From: Glycera tridactyla
Taxonomy: Eukaryota
DNA length: 64,000 bases
Reading direction: 5' to 3'
Assembly: GCA_965644265.1 (NCBI GenBank)
Contig: OZ286465.1
Coordinates: 70,866,001 to 70,930,000 of the forward strand
Positions within the stretch are counted from its first letter, which is position 1, and every line of letters begins with the position of its first letter. Both the position numbers and the translations under genes were made by a program. Below the pieces are notes generated by a model that saw only the letters and a list, made by a program, of their open reading frames with translations, had not been told where the DNA came from and ran no database searches. Shown piece after piece: positions 11,675 to 24,044 of the stretch.

Positions 11675-12700
11675 AAGGTCATATGTGGTTTCCGGGCACT
11701 AACTCCACAATGACTAAAGCTATCTAATTGAAACTTGGTGAGTACATTGACAGTACCAAAAGACAGGACTTATTCAGCTATCTGATTGAAACTCGACGTG
11801 TGCATTCACAGTACCATGAGACAGAACTGATTTGATTTTGGGTTGCTACATCGGATTTCAAGGTCACTTGAGTGCAAAAAGGTCACATGTGGTTTCCGGC
11901 CGATAACATCACAATGAATGCAGCTATCTAATTGAAACTCGGCGTGTGCATTCACAATATCATGAGACAGAAACGATTTGATTTTGGGTTTGCTACATCG
12001 GATTTCAAGGTCACCTGAGTGCAAAAAGGTCATATGTGGTTTCCGACCGATAACATCACAATGAATGCAGCTATCTAATTGAAACTCGACGTGTCCATTC
12101 ACAGTACCATGAGACAGAACTGATTTGATTTTGGGTTTGCTACATCGGATTTCAAGGTCACTTGAGTGCAAAAAGGTCATACGTGGTTTCCGGCCGATAA
12201 CATCATCATGAATGCAGCTATCTCATTGAAACTCGGCGTGTGCATTCACAATATCATGAGACAGAAATGATTTGATTTTGGGTTTGCTACATCGGATTTC
12301 AAGGTCACCTGAGTGCAAAAAGGTCGTATGTGGTTTCCGGCCGATAACATCACAATGAATGCAGCTATCTAATTGAAACTCGACGTGTGCATTCACAGTA
12401 CCATGAGACAGAACTGATTCGATTTTGGGTTTGCTACATCGGATTTCAAGGTCGCCTGAGTGCAAAAAGGTTATATGTGTCACCTGAGTGCAAAAAGGTC
12501 ATATGTGGTTTTCGGCCGGTAACATCACAATGGATGCAGCTATCCGATTGAAACTCGACGTGTGCATTCACAGTACCATGAGACAGAACTGATTTGATTT
12601 TGGCTTTGCTATGTTATATTTCAGCGTCACTAGGTGATTTTATTTCGGTCGGCTTTATTGGATTTCAAGGTTACCTGAGGGTGAGAAGGTCATTTGTCGT
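11675..12700. repeat. 147-bp satellite, right block, with two alternating unit variants
   Basis: Anchors at 11879, 12026, 12173, 12320 and 12467 (exact 147-bp steps). Confidence 0.95.
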
Positions 12701-12840
12701 TCAGGCCAGCAGAGAAGTGGGAGGGGGAGAGCACTACCATAATGACTGTGTTGCATAGTATATGCTTGGGAATACTGAAGCATAGCATAACCAACTGCGC
12801 AGTCAGCGGGGCACTCGCAATCACTGATTGCATCTAGTTT

Positions 12841-12957
12841 TGAATTATTTCATGTCAGTGACATGATGCACGGGCAACAGGTCCATGAAATGTGTCAAAT
12901 GCCCAAGCCCAATTTTTGGGTTTCATATGGGGTTTGAACCCACAACCTCTGGGTAAG

Positions 12958-13017
<60 letters not shown>

Positions 13018-13262
13018 TTTTTGAATTATTTCATGTCAGTGACATGATGCACGGGCAACAGGTCCATGAAATGTGTCAAAAGCCCAAGCCCAATTTTTGA
13101 GTTTCATATGGGGTTTGACTGACATGATGCACGGGCAACAGGTCCATGAAATGTCAAATGCCCAAGCCCAATTTTTGGGTTTCATATGGGGTTCGAACCC
13201 ACAACCTCTGAGTAAGGCACCACCACACACCCCACACCCAAACATGCATGCACTGTCACATG
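12841..13262 (-). repeat. Two to three tandem copies of a SINE-like fragment with a B-box-like motif, plus (CA)n
   Basis: TGAATTATTTCATGTCAG starts at 12841 and 13022, with a partial copy at ~13117. The minus strand reads GGTTGTGGGTTCGAACCCC (tRNA T-arm-like); (CA)n at ~12958-13014. The block abuts an N gap. Confidence 0.45.
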
Positions 13263-13265
13263 CAT

Positions 13266-13528
13266 NNNNNNNNNNNNNNNNNNNNNNNNNNNNNNNNNNN
13301 NNNNNNNNNNNNNNNNNNNNNNNNNNNNNNNNNNNNNNNNNNNNNNNNNNNNNNNNNNNNNNNNNNNNNNNNNNNNNNNNNNNNNNNNNNNNNNNNNNNN
13401 NNNNNNNNNNNNNNNNNNNNNNNNNNNNNNNNNNNNNNNNNNNNNNNNNNNNNNNNNNNNNNNNNNNNNNNNNNNNNNNNNNNNNNNNNNNNNNNNNNNN
13501 NNNNNNNNNNNNNNNNNNNNNNNNNNNN
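13266..13528. other. Assembly gap (N-run)
   Basis: Run of N. Confidence 1.
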
Positions 13529-13779
13529 CAAAGCCCAAACCAATTGCTTATTCATCCATAAGAGACCTGATTAACAAACATATAACTGAGACGACCTGTT
13601 CTAGCACCAACACAAGGGCATTAAAGGTCATACAGAGCTCCATCTCAGAACCATGCAACATCCAAACTAGTCTCGCTTGACATCGCTGCTGGAAGAAATC
13701 TCATACTTTCTTGATAATGAATTATTTGATGAGAGCAAACATCAGTCTGGCTTCGAGTGATTATCAAAATACAAAAGAC

Positions 13780-14200
13780 AAACAACCCGGTATTGATCCG
13801 ACCATTGTTCTTCATTCTAATTTAGCCCCAAATTCACAGTCACCAGATGGACTTAAAACCAATGATGTCAGATCAGTGAGCTGCAGACCTGCCTATAGGA
13901 TTTGAATAATTAACCACAAAAGTGCATACAGGGTTGACGTTACAACATTCAACGCGCTGCACTGTCTGAAGTCTGAAGACAATAATGAATAAACAATGTC
14001 TAATGTCTTCCAAGAACCTGCTAGTTTCATATTTGATTGGACCCCTAAAATCCACACAATTTGAACCAAGAGAAAACAGCTCAGGCTGAGCATCGAGTCG
14101 AATGACAAGGCCTGAATTTATCTGCACCTGCATCTCTGCATCTATGTAGGACTGTGTACATCTACCATCAGAGCATCTACACACAAGGGGTTGCAGATTT
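13780..14200 (+). pseudogene. Highly decayed Penelope-like retroelement remnant (linker plus GIY-YIG endonuclease)
   Basis: Broken frames give PTIVLHSNLAPN, PAYRI, SSKNLLVSYLIG...QFEPRENS...SSRMTR and LPSEHLHTRG. These resemble, in the expected order, the Penelope motifs P.VLTY.P.LP, P.VAYRR, S.N.VY.I.C..C...Y.GET...R and PVAEHF. Judged by eye only. Confidence 0.35.
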
Positions 14201-15844
14201 TTTCCTCATTTGTTTTATGTCTGATACAACTCCAACAGACAGAAGACTAATAAACATTGAAAACTACAGATTTAGCAAGAAGGGCAATTTCAGCGGGATA
14301 TTCTTGCAATCTTGTGGGCTGCACATACTCAACCCCCAAGGGCCATCTTGGCACCAGCTGTCAATTTCAGGGGCTCAGCCCAATATATAGTTGTCCGAGG
14401 CAATTAGGCCATAGACACCTGGGAATTCCTCTCCAACCTGCTGAAAATGCACCCTGAAATGTGAAAATGGCTGGCCTCATCTGTGAAACATCCTGAAATA
14501 TCCATCCAATCAGGCAACTATGTCCTAAAAGCAGATCCTCAGCAAATGACATATCCAAGGACAGATAGTTTTGGAAATAGTGAAATTTGCAGTCAGGGAA
14601 TAAAACAGAAATGACAGACAAGGATCATATTTTGGTCTAATAATTTCTCAGACAGCTGACTTTACTCTTAACCAATACTGACTGGCATGCACTGATTCAC
14701 AAGAATAGAAAGTCACCAGGGAGAAGTCGGCGGATTTATCCTGTTATAAAACTGAACCCGCCCCCGTACCTCCCAGATGTACAATTGACAAGAGCACTCC
14801 AATCAAAAGAGAACGGACGACAGTTTACCTCAAGAGTAGAATGTTCCTGATATGTTTTCAGTCATATTTGAATCACAGCACTGCACTGAATCAATTTCGC
14901 CTGAAATGGACCACAGATTACGATCCCCGCCTACCAGTGCTAGGAAAGACTTATCTAGGAAATCTGGCTTCTCATGCATAGAGATCAACAGCAGCTCAGC
15001 TATCTCAGCATATCACCATACACCAGACACCCGGATTCAGCTCCTTCTGTTTTCCATACCACACTATGAAAAATCAATATCCAAGAAAAACAGCAAAGAA
15101 TTTGCTATTTCCATTATAATAAGGAATTCCTTGAATTCCTCAAAAGACTTGGGAAGGAGAATCTCTGCAGAAAATACACAATTACGCATCTTTTTATGGC
15201 ACGATAGTGCAGAACTTTGTATAGAAATATGGAGCTGAATTTCATGATTGCTGTGCTGATCCATCACACATATTTCCTTGATCTAACCATACCTCAACAG
15301 ATTTTGTTCAATTTAGTGTACCAAAAAGCTAGATGCAATTTAGAGTACTGATAAGATTATACGGTTTGGGGTAAAAAAAAGTACAAGGAAATATCATAAA
15401 TGTGCCCTAAAACCACAGAGTTGAGAAATCCATGCAGCAAGAGGAAGGGTCTCTAAAAATTCTAGCGGCATCAGAGGGTCCTAGTTTTGGGCTGTATCAA
15501 GTCAACATTTGCTCTGAATGAAGAATGAACACAGCTAACCTGATCACCTGGCTGATGGCCTGGTGAGTGGCCACTGGGTATTCTTAGAATCAATGCAAAT
15601 GCTGGAACCGTGTGTATCTGCAATTATTGCCGATCTATTTATGTGATCTCCGAGCAGGAGTGGCCTGCTCTCTAGGAACCAACCTTCCCCGACCAACCCA
15701 CTCACTGCCCGTGGGGTACTCACTGTACACAGTATTCATAGTGGTATTAACCTGTTATTGTTGCTCATAATACAAGGTAAAGACTTGCCCTGCCACCATT
15801 GTCTACATCATATTTGTCAGGATGTAGGCATTGTGTGCACATAT

Positions 15845-16013
15845 NNNNNNNNNNNNNNNNNNNNNNNNNNNNNNNNNNNNNNNNNNNNNNNNNNNNNNNN
15901 NNNNNNNNNNNNNNNNNNNNNNNNNNNNNNNNNNNNNNNNNNNNNNNNNNNNNNNNNNNNNNNNNNNNNNNNNNNNNNNNNNNNNNNNNNNNNNNNNNNN
16001 NNNNNNNNNNNNN
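15845..16013. other. Assembly gap (N-run)
   Basis: Run of N. Confidence 1.
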
Positions 16014-16079
16014 GAGGAGGGGTGGAACTATCCATTTGGCATATAGGTATCATCTCAGCTTCAATTCACTTACGTATAT

Positions 16080-17814
16080 GGCCAATTCTCCCAAATTGGG
16101 GCCAAAAAATGGCAGATAGGGTCACTTTTTCAAACAATCCTGTTTGATAAACCATTATTGTCATACAGTTCCACCACTTGTTGAGTCTTCATACCAAAAA
16201 AATCAGGGAGATCTGCTGAGCCAAAATATAATTATCACTGTTTTCATGAGTGGGGGTCGTCAGCCGTTGCGTATGTTACTTTTTTATAAGAATCTCTCAA
16301 AAACACTCATAAATTGCTCTGAATTAACATTTATCATTATAAATCACTAAACTTTGTTCCAGGATGTCATTTTACACTACTTATTTCCTTCTCAAGGTCA
16401 GTCATTCGAAAAGATTTGAGCCAGAAATACAATGTCCGTCCTCAATCTTCAGGCGCTGTCTACAAGTTTTTTTTTCTAAGCAATTACAATAAGCATAAGT
16501 ACCAAACTCATTATTCCAATTGAATACATATTGATGAGATGATGGGAACAGGGTTTTGTCATTCTCTGGAAAAGTTGGGAAGTAATGAACATCATCTTAT
16601 ATGTATGTTATTTTATGTGACGTATGTTACTGCTGACGCCATTTTTTTACACCCGAGTTATCTCATGTAAATTTCATTCAGTAATTGCCACCAAAAGTAG
16701 CTAGTAGCTACATTTATCTTCACAGTAATCCAAATTTACATAATATCATTGAATAGGCTTGAAAACATTTGGACTTTCCAAGTTATCTGATTTTATATGA
16801 CCACTCTCAAGAAAGAAAGTCAAGGATAACATACATATTGGTTGTAGCTTGTGTAGATTATGTCAAAATAACATACATACGCTCACATCATCCATATTCC
16901 TATACCACAGTGATCATTTGTGACTATCAGTGGATGAAAAAGCATGGATCATCCAAATGTTGAGCAACCGTCCAACAAGGTCAACTTTATCCTGAGATCC
17001 TTTGGCTTAGTATCACCTTGTATATATGTATGTTATGCAAAGTTTGCATGTTACTATAATTTTTCAATTGACATTCATGCACTTTTTTATCAACTATAAA
17101 CCAAATTATGAACTAAACCGGAAAAATATATAGTGTCATGAATGCATGGGGATCACATTTGAAGGAGTGATCAATCCAAGATGGCACCTGTTGCTTGTAA
17201 ACATGCTAAAACTCTGACCATAGGTATGTTATCCATTGACGGAAATGTCACCCTGTAAGTGCCAAATCATCTTTTAGAGGTTGTTTATCACCTTGTTGAT
17301 TCTTTTGAGCACTGGGTTGGTCATTGTATCAATATTTTCAAATGATCTGATGGTGATACATGAGTTGATTCATAGCAGAAATCAGTGGGATTGAATGGTG
17401 AACTTGCACTCAAAAATTGACGGAATGGTCGTAACATACTGTGACGCAGTTCAGAGATATCAGAGAGATATTTATCTCTATCATTTGACATGTCCCAAGG
17501 TTGTAAAATGAAGTCCTGCTATCGATTGTCAAGACTGAGTATGTTTGAGATCTTGGGATTATCTCAATTTGATATAGCACATCACCAAAGTAGGGTGGGG
17601 TCTGGTGTTACATTTTGTGCGGTCAAAAATGGCCAATTTTGGCCATCAAATTGCCTCTAACTTCACCAAAATTAGAGATATTCCTATCAAAATTGGACCA
17701 ACTATTGTTTGAATCACATTACATCAGTCACCATGTCCAAATTCTGGTTGAAAGCTGCTGAATTTACATAAGATACGTTTTTCGGTAGCTGGCCCCAATT
17801 TCGGAGAATTGGCC
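16080..17814. mobile_element. ~1.7-kb non-autonomous TIR element (GGCCAATTCTCC... termini), ATAT or TA TSD
   Basis: GTATATGGCCAATTCTCCCAAATTGGGGCCA at 16074 and TGGCCCCAATTTCGGAGAATTGGCCATATAC ending at 17820 (30/31 inverted match); no ORF; repeated GTATGTTA motifs inside. Confidence 0.8.
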
Positions 17815-18079
17815 ATATACCATTGACCATCAACCAGGAAAAATCATACAGAGAATGCAACTTTTAAAGAATTTCAACATTACTGAATAGAATTGATGGA
17901 TAAAGTTATGTATGCTTGTCATCTTTTCATCTCAGGCCGGAAGATGGGTCAATTCCATAGCATAGAAATGTGCACTTGCTCAGCAGATTCTTTTTCATGA
18001 GTTACAGCTCAGACTTGGATAGGAATGAGATGGCCACTGAATGCAGTATGGCAACCTAATTATCTGGCCCCACAAAGCT

Positions 18080-18420
18080 TGCATTCAACTACAAATGGGT
18101 GCAGAGTCACTGATACACTTCACTGAATTTACACGCTGCCTAAACACACAACTAATGAGCAGCGGCAGCACAGATGTGGTCAACATTGACTTTACCTCTT
18201 CTTACACTCTCAGACAGATTATAAGCACATCAAAGTACAAATGGCGCAAGGGTAAGCTTAACCAGGCAAGGATGATAGAACCCTGGTTTCAAAAGATTAT
18301 ATCTGAGTTCTGCATTGGACACCTTTGACTAAAGATGAAAGGGGAAACTCCAGCTTTCAACTGAGAGGAAACATCACTCTAGAGAACTGAGTGTCTGATT
18401 GACCTCCACCTGAACAAATA
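18080..18420 (+). pseudogene. Possible very decayed CR1-type reverse transcriptase fragment
   Basis: LIHFTEFTRCLNTQLMSSGSTDVVNIDFT resembles LLEF...T..LD.G..VDVIYLDFS, followed by a G.RGKL-like stretch. Confidence 0.3.
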
Positions 18421-18726
18421 ATGTGAAATGCACATCCAAATCACACACTTAAATCATTGGACAAAGGTTTCAATACTCTCGGACATTTCATAAGATTTTC
18501 TTTGAAATGTGCAAAAGCTTCAAGTGTGTACACCAGATGCCTATAAAGCCCACCGCACATCAGGAAGAGCCCTCTGTAGGCAGGTGGCCTTTATAGTTAG
18601 GTCATTTATTGTTCAAATTACTAACACATTTGCAGTTCAGGACAGCCTTTTTAGCCAGGTATAGATAGGTGGTCTCAAGTGTACATGTAAATGTAGTTGT
18701 TCACAGTCTGTTATCTTTGGCAAGTA

Positions 18727-18886
18727 CAGTTGAACCTGTCTATAAAGACCGCCTTCGGTCACATCAAAAAGCAGTCTCTATAGGCAGGTGGTCTTTACAG
18801 AGAGGTCATTTACTGTTGAAAATACTACCACAGTCGCAGCTCAAGTGGTCTTTATAGAGAGGTGGTTTTTAGAGCAGGTTCGACTG
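18727..18886. mobile_element. Palindromic MITE, subfamily A2 (CAGT(C/T)(G/A)AACC TIR, ~160 bp)
   Basis: TA-CAGTTGAACCTGTCTATAAAGACC ... GCAGGTTCGACTG-TA. Confidence 0.85.
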
Positions 18887-19103
18887 TACACCCTATTCAA
18901 CAATTACATTCCTTGGCAAGCCTGTCCATTCAAACTCACTTTCATTCAGTGAAGAATGTCTCAAGAGACTGATTGTCTCCTGGACAACACATGGGTTATT
19001 TGAGACTATTTGATTACATTAATGATTTCACAGTACAGTGGGTTCAAAATGGCAATTTTCTATGAAATAGATGATCTCTTTTGAAAGCAGAGTCTTTAAT
19101 GCA

Positions 19104-19228
19104 GGATCCTCTCTAGTTCTCAAGATTTGAAACCGAACCTTCTGAGCATCACCTTGTCGCAAATAGAATCCTCTCTAGTTCTCAAGGTTTGAAACTGAAC
19201 TTTCTGAGCATCACCTTGTCACAAATAA
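19104..19228. repeat. Two-copy 62-bp tandem duplication
   Basis: ATCCTCTCTAGTTCTCAAG at 19106 and 19168. Confidence 0.85.
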
Positions 19229-19951
19229 TATTCAAGATCTGAATATAGTCAAGGTGTGAGATCAGAGGATGTTTGTAGCAGACAGATAAAGTGGCAGCTT
19301 CTGGGAGTCAGGGAGGCTGGCAGAGCATTGCGATTTCCTCTCCGATCACAATGGAAAGCAGCAAACGAGCGAGAAACAAATCATGCTGGTATGACAATTC
19401 CCGAGAATATGTTGGGTGCCGACACATTGATAGATGATAGCCATGGAAGATGGCTGGGAGGTCGAAGGTTCTAGCATCCGATATTTGTTCTCAGTATATC
19501 CCACGCACTTGTTCATTCATTCGTTCGTTCTCCACTCATTATCAGTTCATCATTCTCTCTCGTTCTAGCTCTCTCTCCGTGCGTCCCCGGGCTACTGATG
19601 ATTTATGTCCCAAACTACAAGCTAATGCGTTGTCATTGGCCGTGTAATGTACAATTTATAATGGCACTCAGCTCATGTTTTTGCAAGCCTTCCAGTATCA
19701 CAATCCCAACGTCAGATCTGGAAGTGGGTACAGTCAGTGACCTAACCGGGACAACTCTCATGCCTACACTCAATACCACCTGCTCCTTGCTTGCATTATG
19801 CATGCTGACATTCTCTCCAAATGGTATTCTCAAATACTCTCACAGTCTTCGTAATCAACCACTCCCTAATCTTAAATCCTCAATCAGAGTAGCAATATAC
19901 AGTACCATAGCCATGTGCCTATGAAGCCCATCTTGGGTGATGACCACAATA

Positions 19952-20126
19952 CAGTGAAATGTGCAACCAGAGACCAGCTTAAATGTCACCACAATGTGGT
20001 CCCTCTAAAGAGGTGGTCCCATGTTCAATGTATATTTGACTATGTCGAACAGAAAAGCTGCCCAGAAAAAGGGTTCTCCCATCAGAGGTGGTCTCTCATC
20101 GGGGTCCCTCATTGCAGGTTTCACTG
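19952..20126. mobile_element. A1 MITE, diverged
   Basis: TA-CAGTGAAAT...TTTGACTATGTC...GCAGGTTTCACTG. Confidence 0.75.
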
Positions 20127-20885
20127 GAGTATCTTATGCCGTGACCATCCTCAATACAGAGACCACCTGTCCATAAAGGACGTTTTCACTCAAACAACAG
20201 TGGTCTTAGCAAACATGTTTGATGAGCTGGCAACTACAGTCAAATCTGCCTACATCATTGTGTCTCCAAATATTGTTGGGCGGGTGTGCTGGCCCCCGTC
20301 TCGGTTCAGAGGAGGTCTGGATTGTTTTATGCACAAGGCTTCTACAACACCTTAGTGCAACTGATGGTTGGTACACAACAATCTCAGTTGAATACTCAGA
20401 TATCAGAACCCTAAACAGTGGAATGAAATCATATCCCAAACATCACTCAAAAGTGGTCTCTAAGAAGAGGTTGTCTCCTGTTTGAGGATGGTCTCTCATC
20501 TTGCCATTTTCATTGTGGATTTCGCAATCATACCAAGACAAATATGAGTTGAGATTGAAAGTATCAGCAAGCAATCAATATCTTAGGTATAATTGACAGC
20601 AAAATACTGACTAAATCTTCCAAAATAGCCCATCATAGGCAATGAACATAGAGCAAATTCTTAACGTTATCGGATCACTGAAGATTTTGGCCAGAGATGG
20701 GGGAGCTGATGTCAATTTGTGCAAGTTATTGGAAATCATAATGATAATATGAGAACTTGACATTGGATTCTGCCTGACCATCTTACCATATCTTCACCAC
20801 CTTCGCCACCCCCTCACCCTCCGCCATCACCTGGCATTTGCGATGTGCACTCAAACACATACTTTACAGATATTCATCAATAATA

Positions 20886-21042
20886 CAGTTGTACCTCCTC
20901 TAAAGACCACCTCTCAATGAAACCACCCTGAGCTGCGACCATAGTATCTTTGCGAGTGAAAGACCTCTCTATAAAGACCACCTCCGAATAAAGGCCACTT
21001 TTTGATGCGACTGAAGGAAGTATCTATAGAGAGGTTTGACTG
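20886..21042. mobile_element. A2 MITE
   Basis: TA-CAGTTGTACCTCCTCTAAAGACCACC ... GAGGTTTGACTG-TA. Confidence 0.85.
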
Positions 21043-22354
21043 TACATCCAACCAATAAACCCAAATATCAAAGCAACTTCTATGTGTAATTCCGGCCACA
21101 TGAAATTATGATTATTTCATGTAATAACCTTGAGCTCTCATCTCCATACAGGGTTCCTGTAATACATTAACATTTCACCAACGGCTAATCAGTGGAGGTA
21201 AACGCTGTAGAGGAATTTAATCAGTGGCGGTAAATGCTGGAGAAGAATTTAATTTGGTGAAATGATTTGCTGAAGTAATTTTATCCATAATGGCATAAAG
21301 GTGTTGCTGGTGGTGGGTTATTGTAGATGAACATTTCCCGAGAAAATGCAAAAGAAATAGATTCGGGATAAAAATTCCCTGAATTTTTCATTTTGTCATC
21401 ATGGTAAACTGATTCAACGCAAATCTTTCCTATTGTCGACGAAATGATTTCTGAAATGATAAAATCATTGGCTAAAGAGTTGTTCATGCTAGTGAGATCC
21501 CAGTCATCTCAGATACCATATATAATTAGGGTACAGAACATCAACAAAATATGCTCGGAAGGAAAGTTCTGACAGAGAGTTCCTGCTGTTCGAGTAGAAT
21601 GGATGTGGGTGTATGTGAGAACACTGAAAGAAAGAGAGGATAGTGTGGGTCAGACATAGTCCAAAAATTTATGGATACATGGAATCTCAAGATTTTGGAC
21701 AAATTCAAGATGGCAGCAGTAGCAAGCAGCTGCAACCTATGATAAATCAAATTTCTTCAAGCCTCGATAATCGATGGAATTACAAATCCAATAAGTCATC
21801 AGATAAGCAATGCGCGTATTTAAACAACACTTAATTCAGTCTGCAAGATGTTACATCAATATGCAGGCAGAGATCCCAGTTTTGCCTTTGATCAGCATTG
21901 ATCCAAAAGTATTGTCGGCCACTGAAACTCACATCAATCGCCATGACGGCTTGTGAAGATCTCTCATAAACTGCTGTCTGGATTGCATAATATTTTTATC
22001 ACATCAAACTTCAAGAGGTAGCAACTACTCAAATAAGATTCTAATAACACTCAAATGTTTACCATCTCATGTGAAATGAATGACGGTTCTTGACTAGCTG
22101 TTCAGAGCTATCCCAACTTTGTACAATGGTTGGCATATCTGCATAGGTATCATGAATTGTCATGTTATTCTATGAGAGCCAAAGCAGTTGACTTAATCCA
22201 TAATGACTTTCGGGGTAAGTATGTTATAGGAACCCAAGGTTATAACTTCACCGTGATTGAGATAAACATGATAAATTTGTACAATTTCTTCAATGAAAAG
22301 AGAGCGATTTTCGAGCACGTTGAAGGTTATTTCATCAATTAGTAAGCATCTTTA

Positions 22355-22524
22355 CATAGATGCCAACCTCTGATTGACAAAAATAGTAGCAGTGCCAATT
22401 TCAAAGAGTAGCAGTGCCAGCATTTGCAATGGAATGATAAGAAAAATCTTGATTTTGCAGAGTAGCATCGCTCGTAAAATGCAAGAATTTTGGTCTAAAA
22501 AAATCATAACAGTTGGCATCTCTG
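22355..22524. mobile_element. 170-bp MITE of the CAGAGATGCCAAC family with a 6-bp TSD
   Basis: CATAGATGCCAAC at 22355 and GTTGGCATCTCTG ending at 22524, flanked by TCTTTA on both sides. Confidence 0.85.
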
Positions 22525-22789
22525 TCTTTATACCCCAGACAAATTAATCAGGATTCCTGTCAATTCAGGGCTGAAGCTGAAATTGGATGTCTTCCCCTGA
22601 ATTTAATTCTTGTTTCTACTGTAAATGCAATTTGGGAGATTGCATTGATCTTAAAAGATGAAAAATTTGACATTTATCCAGGTGAAATGGTTAATAATGA
22701 TTAGTTGGTTGGTAGTTGGCTGGGTAGGTTGGTTGTTAGCTCGGATGGCTGGTTGGTTGGGGTTTGGCAGCATGTATCAACGCAGAGAA

Positions 22790-23260
22790 TTATGCGAGTT
22801 GTGGGTTCCTAAGCAATGGAAGCTGCATGCTATATGATATCCTGTGTAAGCAGCACTCTCATACACCCTAAGTATGAGGTGATGGTGAACCATAGAGGAT
22901 GACAAGTGGAAGAAGCCAACAGTTTGAATACATTCCACATGTCTTGTTGTAGCTATCAATGAGGATATCTAACTATGTAACTCAATCATAAGTAAAAAAA
23001 AAAAAAGATGATACCACACTCATCCGGCACAATGACAATGCCAGCAGGACCATGAACAGCCAAGGCAGAGTTGAACAAGTCATCAGTGAAATTCCAGGTT
23101 GGGGTACCTATGTAACTGACTGGAAACTGAGACTCAAGCCTGACGGCAATGCCTTCATTTCAAGCAAAGTACTTGAAACATTCTTGACCAATGGTGCATA
23201 CTGATTCAATGTTGCAGGCAACCCATCAGCTATTAGCAATCAGACCATATCACAAAGAAA
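22790..23260 (+). pseudogene. Highly decayed Gypsy (Ty3) integrase remnant
   Basis: Broken frames give RVV(V)PKQW, an SY.WW..IEDD-like stretch, STC, an H.D.AGPMN-like stretch and PDGNAFISSKVLETFLTNG. These follow the zinc-finger then core order of Gypsy integrases. Confidence 0.4.
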
Positions 23261-24044
23261 AGTTTTTTATTAGCCAAATTAAAATGTTCCAACCCAAATG
23301 GCACAACAGGTACTTGAGAATATGCGTAATAATTCGACAAAGAAATCTTCTGGGAAATTTCCGAAATTAAATATCCTTCAAGATATCTATCATTGATGAA
23401 TAGGGAATATTCAGTACATGGAAAACAGAGGTCATAGAGCCTTTAAATAATCAGATTGATGACAAATTTGTTTCCTCCATTATGATGTTCATTCCCTTCT
23501 TTCTGTATGATTATTTTCAGTTTAAATGATAGAATGGCCAGAGCTGGTAATGTCACTGATGTAGAATATGAGCATCACCAGGGAAATGGTGGTTCATTCA
23601 GCATGATGTCATGGAAATATTGATGCAGACTTTGTACGCACACAAGTCAATCTGTAAATATTTCATTAATTTTGCCGTTTGAATGATGCGACAGGTTAAC
23701 CCCGATTATCCTCGCCCTCATCACCGCCACTTGTCAGCAATCCATCTTTGAAGAGGCTGTCAATAAAGACAGATGCATCTAGGGTGGGTGATCAATACAG
23801 TGCCAAATACAGTCCTAATGGCCCACCCACCAACCACTGTCTTAACCACTCCGGACAGCAAACACAGATTGTGCCTACATAGCCTCAGAGCTTCAGATTG
23901 CTTGTGGGCCAGGCCCATGGCCAACCTTCCTGCCTTTTGGGCTCAGTGATATCACCTATTATGGGTCCACTGGCCCACCTTCACATAATCTTAGAAGTAT
24001 CTGTTCTTAGACTTCCAACAAGATTGACAAGAGAATTGAAAATA

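Larger units (their letters stand above)
9712..12840 (+). mobile_element. Helentron-associated non-autonomous element (HINE/DINE-1-like) with an internal satellite
   Basis: T-run; 5' subTIR TGCCCCGC (9718) with nearby inverted copy GCGGGGCA (9739); (GTGCGTGG)n microsatellite; core tandem array; 3' subTIR GCGGGGCA (12806); hairpin GCAATCA-C-TGATTGC (12817-12831); ATCTAG-TTTT end. This is the established HINE layout. Confidence 0.85.

Noticed and set aside
10142-12483. Repetitive ORFs (MTFLHSSDLEIRCSKPK...) at 10142, 11806 and 12223
   Set aside because: They are translations of the 147-bp satellite. 147 is a multiple of 3, so frames stay open by chance; there is no gene structure.
12900-13210. 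GGTTCGAACCC as a tRNA gene
   Set aside because: No cloverleaf, A-box or acceptor stem could be built; at most it is SINE-derived, and the copies beside the gap may be assembly redundancy.
14700-15250. Coding-like stretch (TTDYDPRLPVLGK), possibly a second Penelope linker
   Set aside because: A single short motif with several stops, in the wrong order relative to the adjacent remnant.
23015-23107. Apparent 93-bp symmetric minus-strand exon (GTPTWNFTDDLFNSALAVHGPAGIVIVPDEC)
   Set aside because: Splice sites are mediocre, and the opposite strand is better explained as a decayed Gypsy integrase.
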